A stretch of DNA of 63,206 nt, taken from the NCBI GenBank assembly GCA_944390085.1, contig CALXOT010000129.1, positions 1 through 63,206 of the forward strand, read 5' to 3'. Position 1 is the stretch's first letter. Each line of letters begins with the position of its first letter. This DNA is from an uncultured Succinivibrionaceae bacterium (GTDB lineage: Bacteria > Pseudomonadota > Gammaproteobacteria > Enterobacterales > Succinivibrionaceae). The notes beneath the pieces were generated by a model, which saw nothing but the letters and a program-made list of their open reading frames with translations, was not told where the DNA came from and made no database searches. Positions 49,901 to 58,275 of this stretch are shown here, piece by piece. Position numbers and translations under genes: made by a program.

Positions 49901-50275
49901 CAAGCCGACAATTTGTATCCTGACAGGGGAGGTATTGACTGCCCCGTTACCTAAGATCTCAGCCCATAAGGCAGCGGCTTGCTGCAATCCAGCCGCTTCC
50001 TTTGCGTTAATGTCCCGTACAGCCTGATCGGGCCAATCGTCCCCTTCTGTATAAATAGAAGGCAGCGGTTCTGTAGCCTCGCCTTGCCCTAAGATCTCAA
50101 GCTCAAATAAAGGCCGATCCTGATAGTAAATGTAAGTCCTGTCTGCAGCTATGGCCTGCTGCAGCGACAGCGCACAGACCAAGGATACTGCGCAGCTTAA
50201 GGCAGTGCGCCGGGCAGGCCTGGTGAAGCGGTAGCATCTGCCTGCAGGCAGTAAGCGGGAAGCTGGTCGTTTCAT
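46904..50275 (-). CDS. Autotransporter with N-terminal zinc-metalloprotease-like domain
   Basis: Signal peptide (...CALSLQQAIAADR). HEFGHALG is encoded at 49658-49681. A central beta-helix-like passenger is rich in G/T/N/V. The C-terminal ~270 aa form an autotransporter beta-domain ending ...DFAYRF. The ATG at 50275 is chosen over the track start at 50317. Confidence 0.8.
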   Translation of the reverse strand: MKRPASRLLPAGRCYRFTRPARRTALSCAVSLVCALSLQQAIAADRTYIYYQDRPLFELEILGQGEATEPLPSIYTEGDDWPDQAVRDINAKEAAGLQQAAALWAEILGNGAVNTSPVRIQIVGLGQDYANAAAATFPNLDASSKPLGVVGSIGQITQDIEAQFPLYVLIGQGLDFQYAENWHPLSDGRGFDYLSTIFHEFGHALGINFSYDYELNYNNFLYDVRGQQYEHGMKIMCFDELTDDDLDDLDQNVFLVGKEAQSEVYFCGEHVSEVLAGSDLRGIPVNGYECEDIDCVESISVELSHFELERSMMSHQNYRNYTFFMEAELAAMQDLGYSIDRKNYYGRSVYGDGQTIVNTQGFYARNAEGSAYLTGVVNTATLGTGLHIYGSSNTVTQAADLLAGGTGGTGIRVDGANNTVTVTDGVQVRADGTNGTGVLFAYGKNHVLNAGGTITALGSNGVALRFDFGGNLLSNDTELRGSYIWYAEGKDLLYGKNESGNWGKAYTDYSGFEIINDDALMSEVNISGTIAGSQAAIYISDNALVQEINVLPGAAIYGNIISKWDPANPLLSDYVTEVSDIDLTTALNFGNVQSTRSDLQDFGLTLYGSIDGQQSLDLSLHDGELTVTGYSKTLSLTNHGELTVLGSDDNGVALTATTLSLNEGSVLRLPAGAVAETESANLGGNLELLLAQDYYCSGDKQQTKVTFTGNISGNFEQSALGALSPTLNFTGISSTTESSTDAVSVVTSATVSRSADAYAQYADSPATTAVGFALLGLTDSAASPYADLLAALDFSSLSGSDIRKALHSISAESYSAAAQSVLRQLQTEERQLQFSQWAEALPARYGTHIYGNLLYSGYDSDGASWDSQGFSAVVGADTRISPALSAGINLTLSTLSTDVSGDNEASYDAVTALAGLRAIYRPASEGFYLQGSVRAGLQEGDMDRSVRVNGYRAELDSDWLAFTGSANTAVGYDLLFIGPDYKLRTGPFAGANYALLHTPDIDESGGAALVVDSSTYDSLPLELGWRFKLEQDLSPGNTVMLAASAAFFHDTLDDEDHTEAAFRYDSAPAFDSELERDRRSGAYLNLSAGFNFINGFSAGLNCGFVKGPELDGFNVAADFAYRF

Positions 50276-50604
50276 AATGATGAGCCCCGTTCGTAGTTGC
50301 ATCAGTAGATAAAGCAAGGCTGCAGTTGCACCCTTATGTGCATAATAAAGCTAAAAAAGGCTTGTTTCTCCGTATATTTTCTGTATATGTGATCACTCTT
50401 GTCCAGTAGCTGTAATGTTTGGATCAGGTAGCAGCTTTTTGTGACGGTACGCAAAACAATGCCATTGCAACTTACTTATTGACCGTCCAGCAAAGAACAA
50501 GGCCTACAGATCATGGGCAGCGGTAGCTGCTTGTAGCAACGGATCTTCTAAGAAAGCACTTTCTGGCAAAAAGGAGACAGGCATATATTGCAGCCTTACA
50601 TAGG

Positions 50605-50632
50605 AAAAACCCGCACTAAGGCGGGCTTTTTT
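50605..50632. terminator. Bidirectional terminator after lysC
   Basis: AAAAACCCGC pairs with GCGGGCTTTTTT, with T-runs on both strands. Confidence 0.75.
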
Positions 50633-50660
50633 CTGTTTATTTTCAAGGCCAGATAAGCCT

Positions 50661-52031
50661 TCAGTCTTCCAGCAGGTGTTGATGCAGCTTGACTAGAGCC
50701 GGGACGGCGTCTGCTTCATTTAAGAGGAAGCATAAATTGTGATTGGACGCACCGTAGCAGATCATGCGCACTGAATACTGATCAATGGCATCAAAAGCCC
50801 GGGAGGCCATGCCGGCGGTCTTGGACATTTCATTGCCGATAATGGCAACTAATGACAGTTTGTCCTCAACCTTGACGTGGCAGAACTCACGCAGTTCAGC
50901 AAGCATATCCTGAGGCAGGGTGGTGATGCCTGAAGTATTGGAACCGGCATCTAAGGTCACCGCAATGGAAACCTCGGAGGTTGAGACCAAATCTACGGAT
51001 TTGCCATATTTGGCAAAAATGCCGAACACGCGGGCTAAGAAGCCTGAGGCTCCGACCATGCGCGGGCTGGCCAGCACGATTAAGGTCTGGTTTTTGCGCA
51101 AGGCCACCGCACGGAAGGACGGATGGGTCTTGGTTTCGGGCTTGACCCAGGTGCCTCCTTTTTCTGGTTCCTTGGATGAACCGACAAAGACCGGAATATT
51201 GCGTCTTACTGCCGGCATCAGGGTGGACGGATGCAGGATCTTGGCTCCAAAGGTTGCCATTTCAGCCGCTTCCAGATAAGTAAGCTCGCTTATCGGCATC
51301 GCTTGTGGTACCAGGCGCGGATCGGTGGTATAGACACCAGGCACGTCTGTCCAGATGGAAATTGTGGCAGCAGAACAGGCCTCGCCCAACAGGGCAGCCG
51401 AATAGTCTGAGCCGCCGCGGCCTAAGGTGGTGGTCATGCCTTCAGAATTGGAAGCAATAAAGCCCTGGGTCACTACCACTGCATCCTGGCCTAAAAGGGG
51501 CATTAAATACTGGCGGCTTAAGGTAGACAGTACCTCAGGCAGCGGTTTGGCGCAGCCGAACACTGAGTCAGTGCGCATGACGGTACGTACGTCAAAGAAA
51601 ACAGCCTTGAAGCCTAGGGTACGGAATACTTCAACAATGAGATAGGAAGAGAGCAGTTCACCGTGGCAGACGATACGATCAGTAAGCGCATCAGAGCGCT
51701 CCATGGCTGCCTCAGCTGCCAGATTGCGGATCTCATTTAAATGGCTTTCAATGACCTGATTGCTCTGGATGCGGCTGTCGTCTGCAAAGTGGGAGCTGAT
51801 TTCCTGATGAATGGCACGCAGTTTTTCAATGCGATCTTCGACTTCAGCCTTAGTCAGAGCACCGGAAGCCAGTTCCACCAGCATATTGGTCACACCAGCG
51901 CAGGCACTGACCACTACCAGACGGGTATGCGGATTGGCGGTGACTACCTTGACGCAGGAACTCATGGCGGCAAAGTCCTTTACTGAGGTGCCGCCGAATT
52001 TTGCTATATCTAATTGATCTAATTGATTCAT
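50661..52031 (-). CDS. lysC: Aspartate kinase (lysine-sensitive type)
   Basis: 456 aa. KFGGTSV, VVSA.AGVTN, and C-terminal ACT domains. It is collinear with E. coli LysC. Confidence 0.95.
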   Translation of the reverse strand: MNQLDQLDIAKFGGTSVKDFAAMSSCVKVVTANPHTRLVVVSACAGVTNMLVELASGALTKAEVEDRIEKLRAIHQEISSHFADDSRIQSNQVIESHLNEIRNLAAEAAMERSDALTDRIVCHGELLSSYLIVEVFRTLGFKAVFFDVRTVMRTDSVFGCAKPLPEVLSTLSRQYLMPLLGQDAVVVTQGFIASNSEGMTTTLGRGGSDYSAALLGEACSAATISIWTDVPGVYTTDPRLVPQAMPISELTYLEAAEMATFGAKILHPSTLMPAVRRNIPVFVGSSKEPEKGGTWVKPETKTHPSFRAVALRKNQTLIVLASPRMVGASGFLARVFGIFAKYGKSVDLVSTSEVSIAVTLDAGSNTSGITTLPQDMLAELREFCHVKVEDKLSLVAIIGNEMSKTAGMASRAFDAIDQYSVRMICYGASNHNLCFLLNEADAVPALVKLHQHLLED

Positions 52032-52299
52032 TTTTTAACTAAGGGCTGTAAATGTATTTTCAGGCCTTCATCTTAAGTAGCGCTCAGCCTTAGTGCAAGG
52101 GCTGGGCCTGTTGTGCAAGACAAATTGCCTTATTTTAGTGCATGTTAATACCAAAGCCCCTAAAAAGTGCAGTCCTCGGTCCAAATATACAGCAAGCGGC
52201 GCCAGTACGGTGCAAAAATGGTACACTTGAGCGCCGTTGCGGCCTGATGCCGCCATTAAGATAAGCGCCGCCCGGGAGGCGGCATAAGTGGAGCACTAG

Positions 52300-53058
52300 A
52301 TGGATAAAGCAGGTTCGCTCTTTTTGCAGGGCATGCGTTCCGGGATCCCGGTAGTGTTTGGCTATATCCCGGTAGGGATCGCCTACGGAGTGTCAGCCTT
52401 GCAGGCAGGTTTCTCCCCTTTTGAGACTATCCTGATGTCCTGTACAGTGTATTCAGGATCAGGACAGGTACTGGGGGTCAGCATGACCGCACAGCATGCA
52501 GGCCTGGCCGCTATTTTTATTGCGACCTTCTTAATTAATTTCCGTTATTTCATCATGTCAGCCTGCATTTTCAGCCGCTTGCCCGCACTCTCTACTGCAG
52601 GCCGCGTGATCGCCTCCTGGTTTGTGGTGGATGAAACCTTTGCTATCTTTACAACCGCTCCGCAAAAGAAGGCACGTCTTGCCTACCTTGCCGGGATAAT
52701 TGCCCTGACCTACAGCTCCTGGGTGCTGGGAGCGGTGATCGGGGTGGCGGCGCACGCACTGCTGCCGCAGTGGATTTCAGCTGGGCTGGGGATTGCCCTT
52801 TATGCCCTCTTTATTGCTATTGTGATCCCGGGGTGCAAGCGTAACTTTAAGATTTTACTGATGGTGCTGTGCACCGCAGTAAGTTGCTGCCTGTTGTCCC
52901 AGGTGATGGATGGCAGCTGGGCTATCGTCATCAGTACCTTGTGCTGTGCTGCAGTGGGGGCTGTCTTTATCAAGGAAGAAAAGCCTACTGACTCCGGCAC
53001 TGAGGTTAGGGGTGAATCTTGTGAGTACGGTCAGCTTGCAGGCAAGGAGGAAGCATAA
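52300..53058 (+). CDS. azlC: AzlC-family branched-chain amino acid export permease
   Basis: A 252-aa polytopic membrane protein with an AzlC-like N-terminus (G.....G..P.G..YG..A...G). It is followed by an overlapping azlD-like gene. Confidence 0.8.
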   Translation: MDKAGSLFLQGMRSGIPVVFGYIPVGIAYGVSALQAGFSPFETILMSCTVYSGSGQVLGVSMTAQHAGLAAIFIATFLINFRYFIMSACIFSRLPALSTAGRVIASWFVVDETFAIFTTAPQKKARLAYLAGIIALTYSSWVLGAVIGVAAHALLPQWISAGLGIALYALFIAIVIPGCKRNFKILLMVLCTAVSCCLLSQVMDGSWAIVISTLCCAAVGAVFIKEEKPTDSGTEVRGESCEYGQLAGKEEA

Positions 53059-53408
53059 TGGATCTTGCTGGTATTGCACAAGGCAGCATGCAGCCTGAAC
53101 CTCCTTATCTGCTGATTATTTTAGGTATGTGCCTGGTGTCGTACCTGCCGCGCCTGGTGCCTGCACTTTTTATCTCACGCATCAAGCTCAGCCCTTATTT
53201 CAAGCGCTTTTTGGATCTGATCCCGTATACAGCCATGACGGCACTGGTTTTCCCGGGGATCTTTTATTCAGTGCCCGGGCACATGGACGTAACTTATTTT
53301 GGTGCGGCAGCTGCGGTACTGGCCGCCGTATTGCGCCTGCCTTTGTCCATTACTGTCTGTATTGCAGTAGCAGTGGTATTGGGCCTGCTCTATTTTCAGG
53401 GGATCTGA
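53058..53408 (+). CDS. azlD: AzlD-family small membrane protein
   Basis: A 116-aa hydrophobic protein. Its start overlaps the azlC stop (TAATG). Confidence 0.65.
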   Translation: MDLAGIAQGSMQPEPPYLLIILGMCLVSYLPRLVPALFISRIKLSPYFKRFLDLIPYTAMTALVFPGIFYSVPGHMDVTYFGAAAAVLAAVLRLPLSITVCIAVAVVLGLLYFQGI

Positions 53409-53472
53409 GGGAATGGCAGACCCTGAAGCCCAGCACACCCTGCAGGACAGAATTTGTCCGGCAGGGTCTTAG

Positions 53473-53880
53473 TTAAGTTCTGCCGGGATGCTGCGGATTT
53501 TCATCGGCAAAACTGCCAAGTTTCTGTATCAGGCGGCGGATGATGACACAGAAGACGGCAAAGAGCAGCAAATAGCGGAAGGCGTTGTATACGGTATAGA
53601 CTGCGCTTGTGCGCTCAGCCCTGAAATCAGGGCTTTCCATCAGCAAATGCAGCTCCAGGTAAAAAAGATGCGGGCATAAGGCCAAAGCTGCAGTAAAGAG
53701 GGCACTTGGCCTGGAGTGTTCCTTAAATAAGATGACACTGCCACCTAGCAGCCACAGACTTGAGATAATCAAAAGCAGATAGTAAATACCCTGCGGGGCG
53801 AGGGGATTGGATAGCTGCGCCTGTGCCCACCAGGCAATAAAGAGCGAGGCTACATATAAAAGGGGACGGTATTCTTCCAT
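53473..53880 (-). CDS. Hypothetical small membrane protein (about 4 TM)
   Basis: A 135-aa ORF with four hydrophobic stretches. I recognise no family. Confidence 0.4.
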   Translation of the reverse strand: MEEYRPLLYVASLFIAWWAQAQLSNPLAPQGIYYLLLIISSLWLLGGSVILFKEHSRPSALFTAALALCPHLFYLELHLLMESPDFRAERTSAVYTVYNAFRYLLLFAVFCVIIRRLIQKLGSFADENPQHPGRT

Positions 53881-53923
53881 TGTAATTGATTTTTTCTGTA
53901 GTTAAGCTAGAATTAGCGGCGTT

Positions 53924-53999
53924 GCTGCTTTGGCTCAGATGGTAGAGCAATTGATTCGTAATCAATAGGTCGAGGGTTCGAGTCCCTCAGGCAGCACCA
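53924..53999 (+). tRNA. tRNA-Thr (anticodon CGU)
   Basis: Cloverleaf: acceptor GCTGCTT/AGGCAGC, D-arm GCTCAGATGGTAGAGC, anticodon arm ATTGA-TTCGTAA-TCAAT, T-arm GAGGG-TTCGAGT-CCCTC. CCA is encoded. Confidence 0.9.
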
Positions 54000-54101
54000 G
54001 AATATCACTCTTTTCAGGTTTGCGCACAGCGCCTCCTTAATGAATCCACTTCTGCAACAGCCAAGACGGTATGTTTTTACTCCTGATGTCAGGAGCACCC
54101 T

Positions 54102-54638
54102 ATGACGCAGATTGTACTAGGTATTGATCCTGGCTCACGCATTACCGGTTACGGCATTGTCTGCATGCAGGGCAGTGTCCTGTCATATCTTGGTTCTGGC
54201 TGTATCAATGCCGGCAGCGGCGCTTTATATTTAAGGCTCAAGACCATCTACAGTGCAGTAGGTACCCTCATTGAGCAGTTTCAGCCTACGGTGATGGCCA
54301 TTGAGGAGACTTTTTTGGCCAAGAACGTGCAGTCTACGGTCAAGCTGGCCGAAGCCCGGGGAGCTGCCATGACTGCCGGAGCTACGGCCGGCCTTGCGGT
54401 ATACGAATATACCCCGATGCAGATCAAACAGGCGGTGGTGGGTTATGGCGCTGCGCAGAAAAATCAGGTGCAGTACATGGTGCAGCAGATTTTAAGGCTG
54501 ACCGGTACCCCGCAGGCAGATGCTGCTGATGCGCTGGCCTGTGCCATCTGCCATGCCTATACTGCAAGGGTGACGGTGGCCATGGGAGCGCAAATCGATC
54601 TGGCATCCTCTGTACATGGTCGCTACCGCAGGCGTTAG
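54102..54638 (+). CDS. ruvC: Holliday junction resolvase RuvC
   Basis: ILGIDPGSRITGYG..., 178 aa, and ruvC-ruvA-ruvB order. Confidence 0.9.
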   Translation: MTQIVLGIDPGSRITGYGIVCMQGSVLSYLGSGCINAGSGALYLRLKTIYSAVGTLIEQFQPTVMAIEETFLAKNVQSTVKLAEARGAAMTAGATAGLAVYEYTPMQIKQAVVGYGAAQKNQVQYMVQQILRLTGTPQADAADALACAICHAYTARVTVAMGAQIDLASSVHGRYRRR

Positions 54639-54690
54639 CGGCTTTACTGCAGGGCAGGGATATAATTTGCGCAAAGGTTAAGGAGATTTT

Positions 54691-55401
54691 ATGCTGGGTA
54701 GTATCCGTGGCAAGGTGTTGCGGCTTGATGGTTTTTGTGCCCTGATTGAAACAGCAGGCCTTGGTTACGAGGTTGAAGTGCCGGCCCGGGTTTTAAGTGC
54801 GCTGCAGCCGGGGCAGGAATGTTTTTTGTACCTGCACCAGCAGATCCGTGAGGATGCACAGCTGTTGTTTGGCTTTGGGCAAGTTTCTGATCGTGAGTTA
54901 TTCCGGGAGCTGCTGAAAATAAGCGGCATCGGTGCCAGGACTGCGCTGGCCCTGATTTCAAGCCTGAGCCCGGCTGAATTGCATGAGGCGGTGATAGCTG
55001 AGGATGTGCGCCTGCTCTCTACGGTGCCCGGGATCGGACGCAAGACAGCAGAGCGCCTGATTGTGGAGCTCAAGGATCGCTTAAAGCGTCTGCCTGTTTT
55101 CACCAGCGCAGAGGCTCAGTCTGTGGCCATCATCCCGGCAGCAGTGGCCGACAGCACAGTTCCAGCAGGCAGCAACAGCCAGGCTACAGGCAGTGCGTCA
55201 GGGAACAGTGAGACTGATACGGAGAATCCTCCTTTAACCGCACGTCAGGTGAAGGAAGAATCCATTTCTGCTTTAATTGGACTTGGTTATAAAGAAAATA
55301 TAGCCTTAAGCTATGTCAAGGCGGTATATCGCGAGGGCATGGATACTAAGGCAGTGATCATTGCAGCTTTGGCTCAAGTGTCCGCTAAGAACAGGAGATA
55401 A
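54691..55401 (+). CDS. ruvA: Holliday junction DNA helicase subunit RuvA
   Basis: MLGSIRGKV...GLGYEV and HhH motifs ([21 protein letters not shown]). 236 aa, with a ~35-aa low-complexity linker insert before domain III. Confidence 0.9.
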   Translation: MLGSIRGKVLRLDGFCALIETAGLGYEVEVPARVLSALQPGQECFLYLHQQIREDAQLLFGFGQVSDRELFRELLKISGIGARTALALISSLSPAELHEAVIAEDVRLLSTVPGIGRKTAERLIVELKDRLKRLPVFTSAEAQSVAIIPAAVADSTVPAGSNSQATGSASGNSETDTENPPLTARQVKEESISALIGLGYKENIALSYVKAVYREGMDTKAVIIAALAQVSAKNRR

Positions 55402-55403
55402 AG

Positions 55404-56531
55404 ATGGCAAGGCAGGATGAAGGCGGCATTATTGCTGACAGCCTGAGTGTGCAGCCCAACGCACAGGCGCGCCCGGAGGCCACGGCTGAGGAAAGGGCAG
55501 CAGAGGCCGGAGGAGCCGGTTTTGCAGAGGACCGGGCATTGCGCCCTCAAAGCCTTGCGGACTATATCGGACAGGAAGATGTCAAGGCACAGCTGGAGAT
55601 CGCCCTGAAGGCAGCTAAAAAACGCCGGGAAGCGCTTGATCATGTGCTGATTTTTGGCCCCCCGGGACTTGGTAAGACTACCTTGTCCAATATCATTGCT
55701 AATGAACTGGGGGTCGGGATTTCCACCACCTCTGGGCCTGCTTTGGAAAAGAAGGGTGATGCGGCGGCGCTGCTTACTAATTTGCAAAGCCGGGACGTGG
55801 TTTTTATTGACGAGATCCACCGCCTGTCCCCGGTGATTGAGGAATTTATGTATCCAGCCATGGAAGATTATCAGGTGGACATCATGACCGGTGAAGGTCC
55901 GTCAGCGCGTTCAATTAAAATTGCGCTACAACCTTTTACCTTAATCGGCGCCACTACCCGTGCCGGAACCTTAACCTCACCCCTGCGGGCTCGTTTTGGC
56001 ATTATTTTGCAGCTGCAGTTTTATACCCCGCAGGAACTTGAGCTCATTATCAATGCCAGCGCCCGCAAGCTTAACATCAGTATCGATCAGGGCGGGGCCA
56101 TGGAAATAGCCTCGCGCTCACGGGGCACCCCACGTATTGCCAACCGTCTGCTGCGCCGGGTGCGGGATTATGCTGAGGTGGTAGGCAGCGGCCATATCGA
56201 TCTGCATACAGCCAGGCAAGCTTTGAAACTGCAGAAAATCGATGAGGATGGCTTTGACGATTTTGACCGGCAATATCTGAAGTCCATCATTTATGATTTC
56301 AACGGTGGCCCGGTTGGAGTGGACAGTCTGGCCGCATCCCTGGGCTATGAGCGTGAGACTTTAGAGAATGTGGTGGAGCCCTATCTTATCCAGCAGGGCT
56401 TTGTACAGCGTACCCGTACCGGGCGCACTGCAGCTCGGCGCGCCTATGAAAAATTTGGCTGCGTCATGCCAAGGCGAGATCCGGAGCGGATAATTGCCGA
56501 GGAGTCAGAGGATTTTTTAGCAACAAAATGA
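55404..56531 (+). CDS. ruvB: Holliday junction DNA helicase RuvB
   Basis: Walker [10 protein letters not shown], Walker [11 protein letters not shown], and an AAA+ fold. It has a ~40-aa N-terminal extension. Confidence 0.95.
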   Translation: MARQDEGGIIADSLSVQPNAQARPEATAEERAAEAGGAGFAEDRALRPQSLADYIGQEDVKAQLEIALKAAKKRREALDHVLIFGPPGLGKTTLSNIIANELGVGISTTSGPALEKKGDAAALLTNLQSRDVVFIDEIHRLSPVIEEFMYPAMEDYQVDIMTGEGPSARSIKIALQPFTLIGATTRAGTLTSPLRARFGIILQLQFYTPQELELIINASARKLNISIDQGGAMEIASRSRGTPRIANRLLRRVRDYAEVVGSGHIDLHTARQALKLQKIDEDGFDDFDRQYLKSIIYDFNGGPVGVDSLAASLGYERETLENVVEPYLIQQGFVQRTRTGRTAARRAYEKFGCVMPRRDPERIIAEESEDFLATK

Positions 56532-56625
56532 ACGTGCTGCGGGGCAAAATAACGACAGAACACAGTCTTTTTGCAGTACACTTAGCGCATTACGGTCAGG
56601 ACTTAGGAAAAATACAAAAAAGTTT

Positions 56626-57048
56626 ATGAGCAAGGAATTTTGCATACAGCTTCGTGTGTATTACGAGGATACCGATGCCGGCGGGATTGTCTATCATGCC
56701 AACTATCTGAAGTTTTGTGAAAGAGCCCGCAGTGAGTTTATCCGCAGCCTTGGAGTATCGCAGGCCGAGATGTTGCGTCAGGGGCGGGGCTTTGTGGTGG
56801 CCAAGATGCAGTTGCGTTTTAAAAAGCCAGCCAGACTCGATGATTTGCTGACGGTGTCCTGCAGGGTAAGCCGTCTGCGCCATGTCGCCATTGCCTTTGA
56901 TCAGGAAGTGCGTGCTCCTGATGGGACGGTACTCTTTGAGCTTAACTGCGATATTGGCTATATAGATTTTAATACCGGGGCACTGCTGGAGATCCCAGCT
57001 GACATGGCAGGGCGCCTTAAGGACTATTACCAGGGTCAGGAGGACTGA
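56626..57048 (+). CDS. ybgC: Tol-Pal associated acyl-CoA thioesterase YbgC
   Basis: A 140-aa 4HBT hot-dog fold (VYYEDTD.GGIVYHANYL), immediately upstream of tolQ. Confidence 0.8.
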   Translation: MSKEFCIQLRVYYEDTDAGGIVYHANYLKFCERARSEFIRSLGVSQAEMLRQGRGFVVAKMQLRFKKPARLDDLLTVSCRVSRLRHVAIAFDQEVRAPDGTVLFELNCDIGYIDFNTGALLEIPADMAGRLKDYYQGQED

Positions 57049-57051
57049 GCA

Positions 57052-58239
57052 ATGGGGCAGTCAGCTTCCCTTTCTTTTGGTGAGCTCATCTTAAATGCCA
57101 GTTTGCTGGTGCAGCTGGTGATGGCTTTCCTGCTTATCCTGTCTGTGGTTTCCTGGACCATTATCTTTCAGCGCAGCAGCCAGTATAAGAACGGTCGGCG
57201 CAAGGCCGATGAGTTTGAGGATAAGTTCTGGTCTGGCATAGATCTGAATAACCTCTATCAGGACTGCGTCAAGAGACAGCAGGAACTGGTAGGGCTTGAG
57301 GTGATCTATGCTGCAGGTTTTAAGGAATTCGTGCGCCTGGTAAATTCCGGCCCTGCCGATCAGGAAGTGGTGATGGACGGTACTTACCGGCAGATGAAGG
57401 TAGCCTCCTCGCGTGAAGTTGAGGCGCTGGAGACCAATCTGCCGACCCTGGCCACCATAGGTTCTATTTCCCCTTATATTGGTTTGTTTGGCACGGTGTG
57501 GGGCATCATGCATGCCTTTGTGGCGTTGGCTGCAGTGAAAAATGCCACCCTGGCCATGGTGGCCCCGCCGATCGCCGAGGCTCTGATCGCAACTGCTATG
57601 GGTCTGTTTGCGGCTATCCCGGCAGTAATGTTCTATAACCGTTTTGTCACCAAGGTTGAGGCACTGGAAAACCGCTATCTGAATTTCATGGATGAGTTCG
57701 CTACGATTTTAAATCGTCGTCTGGTGACCATCCGTTCACAATTTGCCAAGGCAGAGGCTGAAAAGGCAAAAAATAGGCAGGTAAATGAGTCAGCTCAACC
57801 CTCCGGCGTGCCGACTGGTACAGGCAGTACCTATCAGGCAGCCGCCCCAACAGCTGCAGCACCGGCGGCTGGAACGGGGGGTAGCCCTGCTGTTGCAGGT
57901 GCCTTCAGATTAAAGGAGGTGAATACCTCAGCCGGTGTGTCAGCTGCAGGTGCAGGGCAGGGACGATCCTATATGCAAAAAATTCAGCCGACGCAACAGC
58001 AGGAAGAAGCTCCGCATTACCCGCCTCCAGGCAGCAGCCTGTCTGGCCTTGATCCGTACCGTCCGGTGACCCCGCCGCGCACGGCTGCGCAGGATCAGCA
58101 CTTAAGCGGGCGCCAGGTTTTTGCAGACTACACCGCAGGCGGAGTTAGGGCACAGTCGCGTCAGTCTCAGCAGGAAAGCGCTGATGCCCGCCCTCATTAC
58201 ATTACGCCCGGTGCTGCAGGATCCAAGTATAAAAAATAG
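57052..58239 (+). CDS. tolQ: Tol-Pal system protein TolQ (with ~165-aa C-terminal extension)
   Basis: The MotA/ExbB core runs to about residue 230 (…PYIGLFGTVWGIMHAF…AIPAVMFYNRF…). The ORF then continues from about nt 57745 as an Ala/Gln/Pro-rich tail. Confidence 0.9.
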   Translation: MGQSASLSFGELILNASLLVQLVMAFLLILSVVSWTIIFQRSSQYKNGRRKADEFEDKFWSGIDLNNLYQDCVKRQQELVGLEVIYAAGFKEFVRLVNSGPADQEVVMDGTYRQMKVASSREVEALETNLPTLATIGSISPYIGLFGTVWGIMHAFVALAAVKNATLAMVAPPIAEALIATAMGLFAAIPAVMFYNRFVTKVEALENRYLNFMDEFATILNRRLVTIRSQFAKAEAEKAKNRQVNESAQPSGVPTGTGSTYQAAAPTAAAPAAGTGGSPAVAGAFRLKEVNTSAGVSAAGAGQGRSYMQKIQPTQQQEEAPHYPPPGSSLSGLDPYRPVTPPRTAAQDQHLSGRQVFADYTAGGVRAQSRQSQQESADARPHYITPGAAGSKYKK

Positions 58240-58275
58240 GATGGGACGCGGAGAAATTAAGGAGGGATTGCGCTA

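Noticed and set aside
53881-54101. tRNA-Thr as a possible integration site for a mobile element.
   Set aside because: No integrase, direct repeat of the tRNA 3' end, or foreign-looking genes flank it. ruvC follows directly, and only a small membrane-protein gene precedes it.
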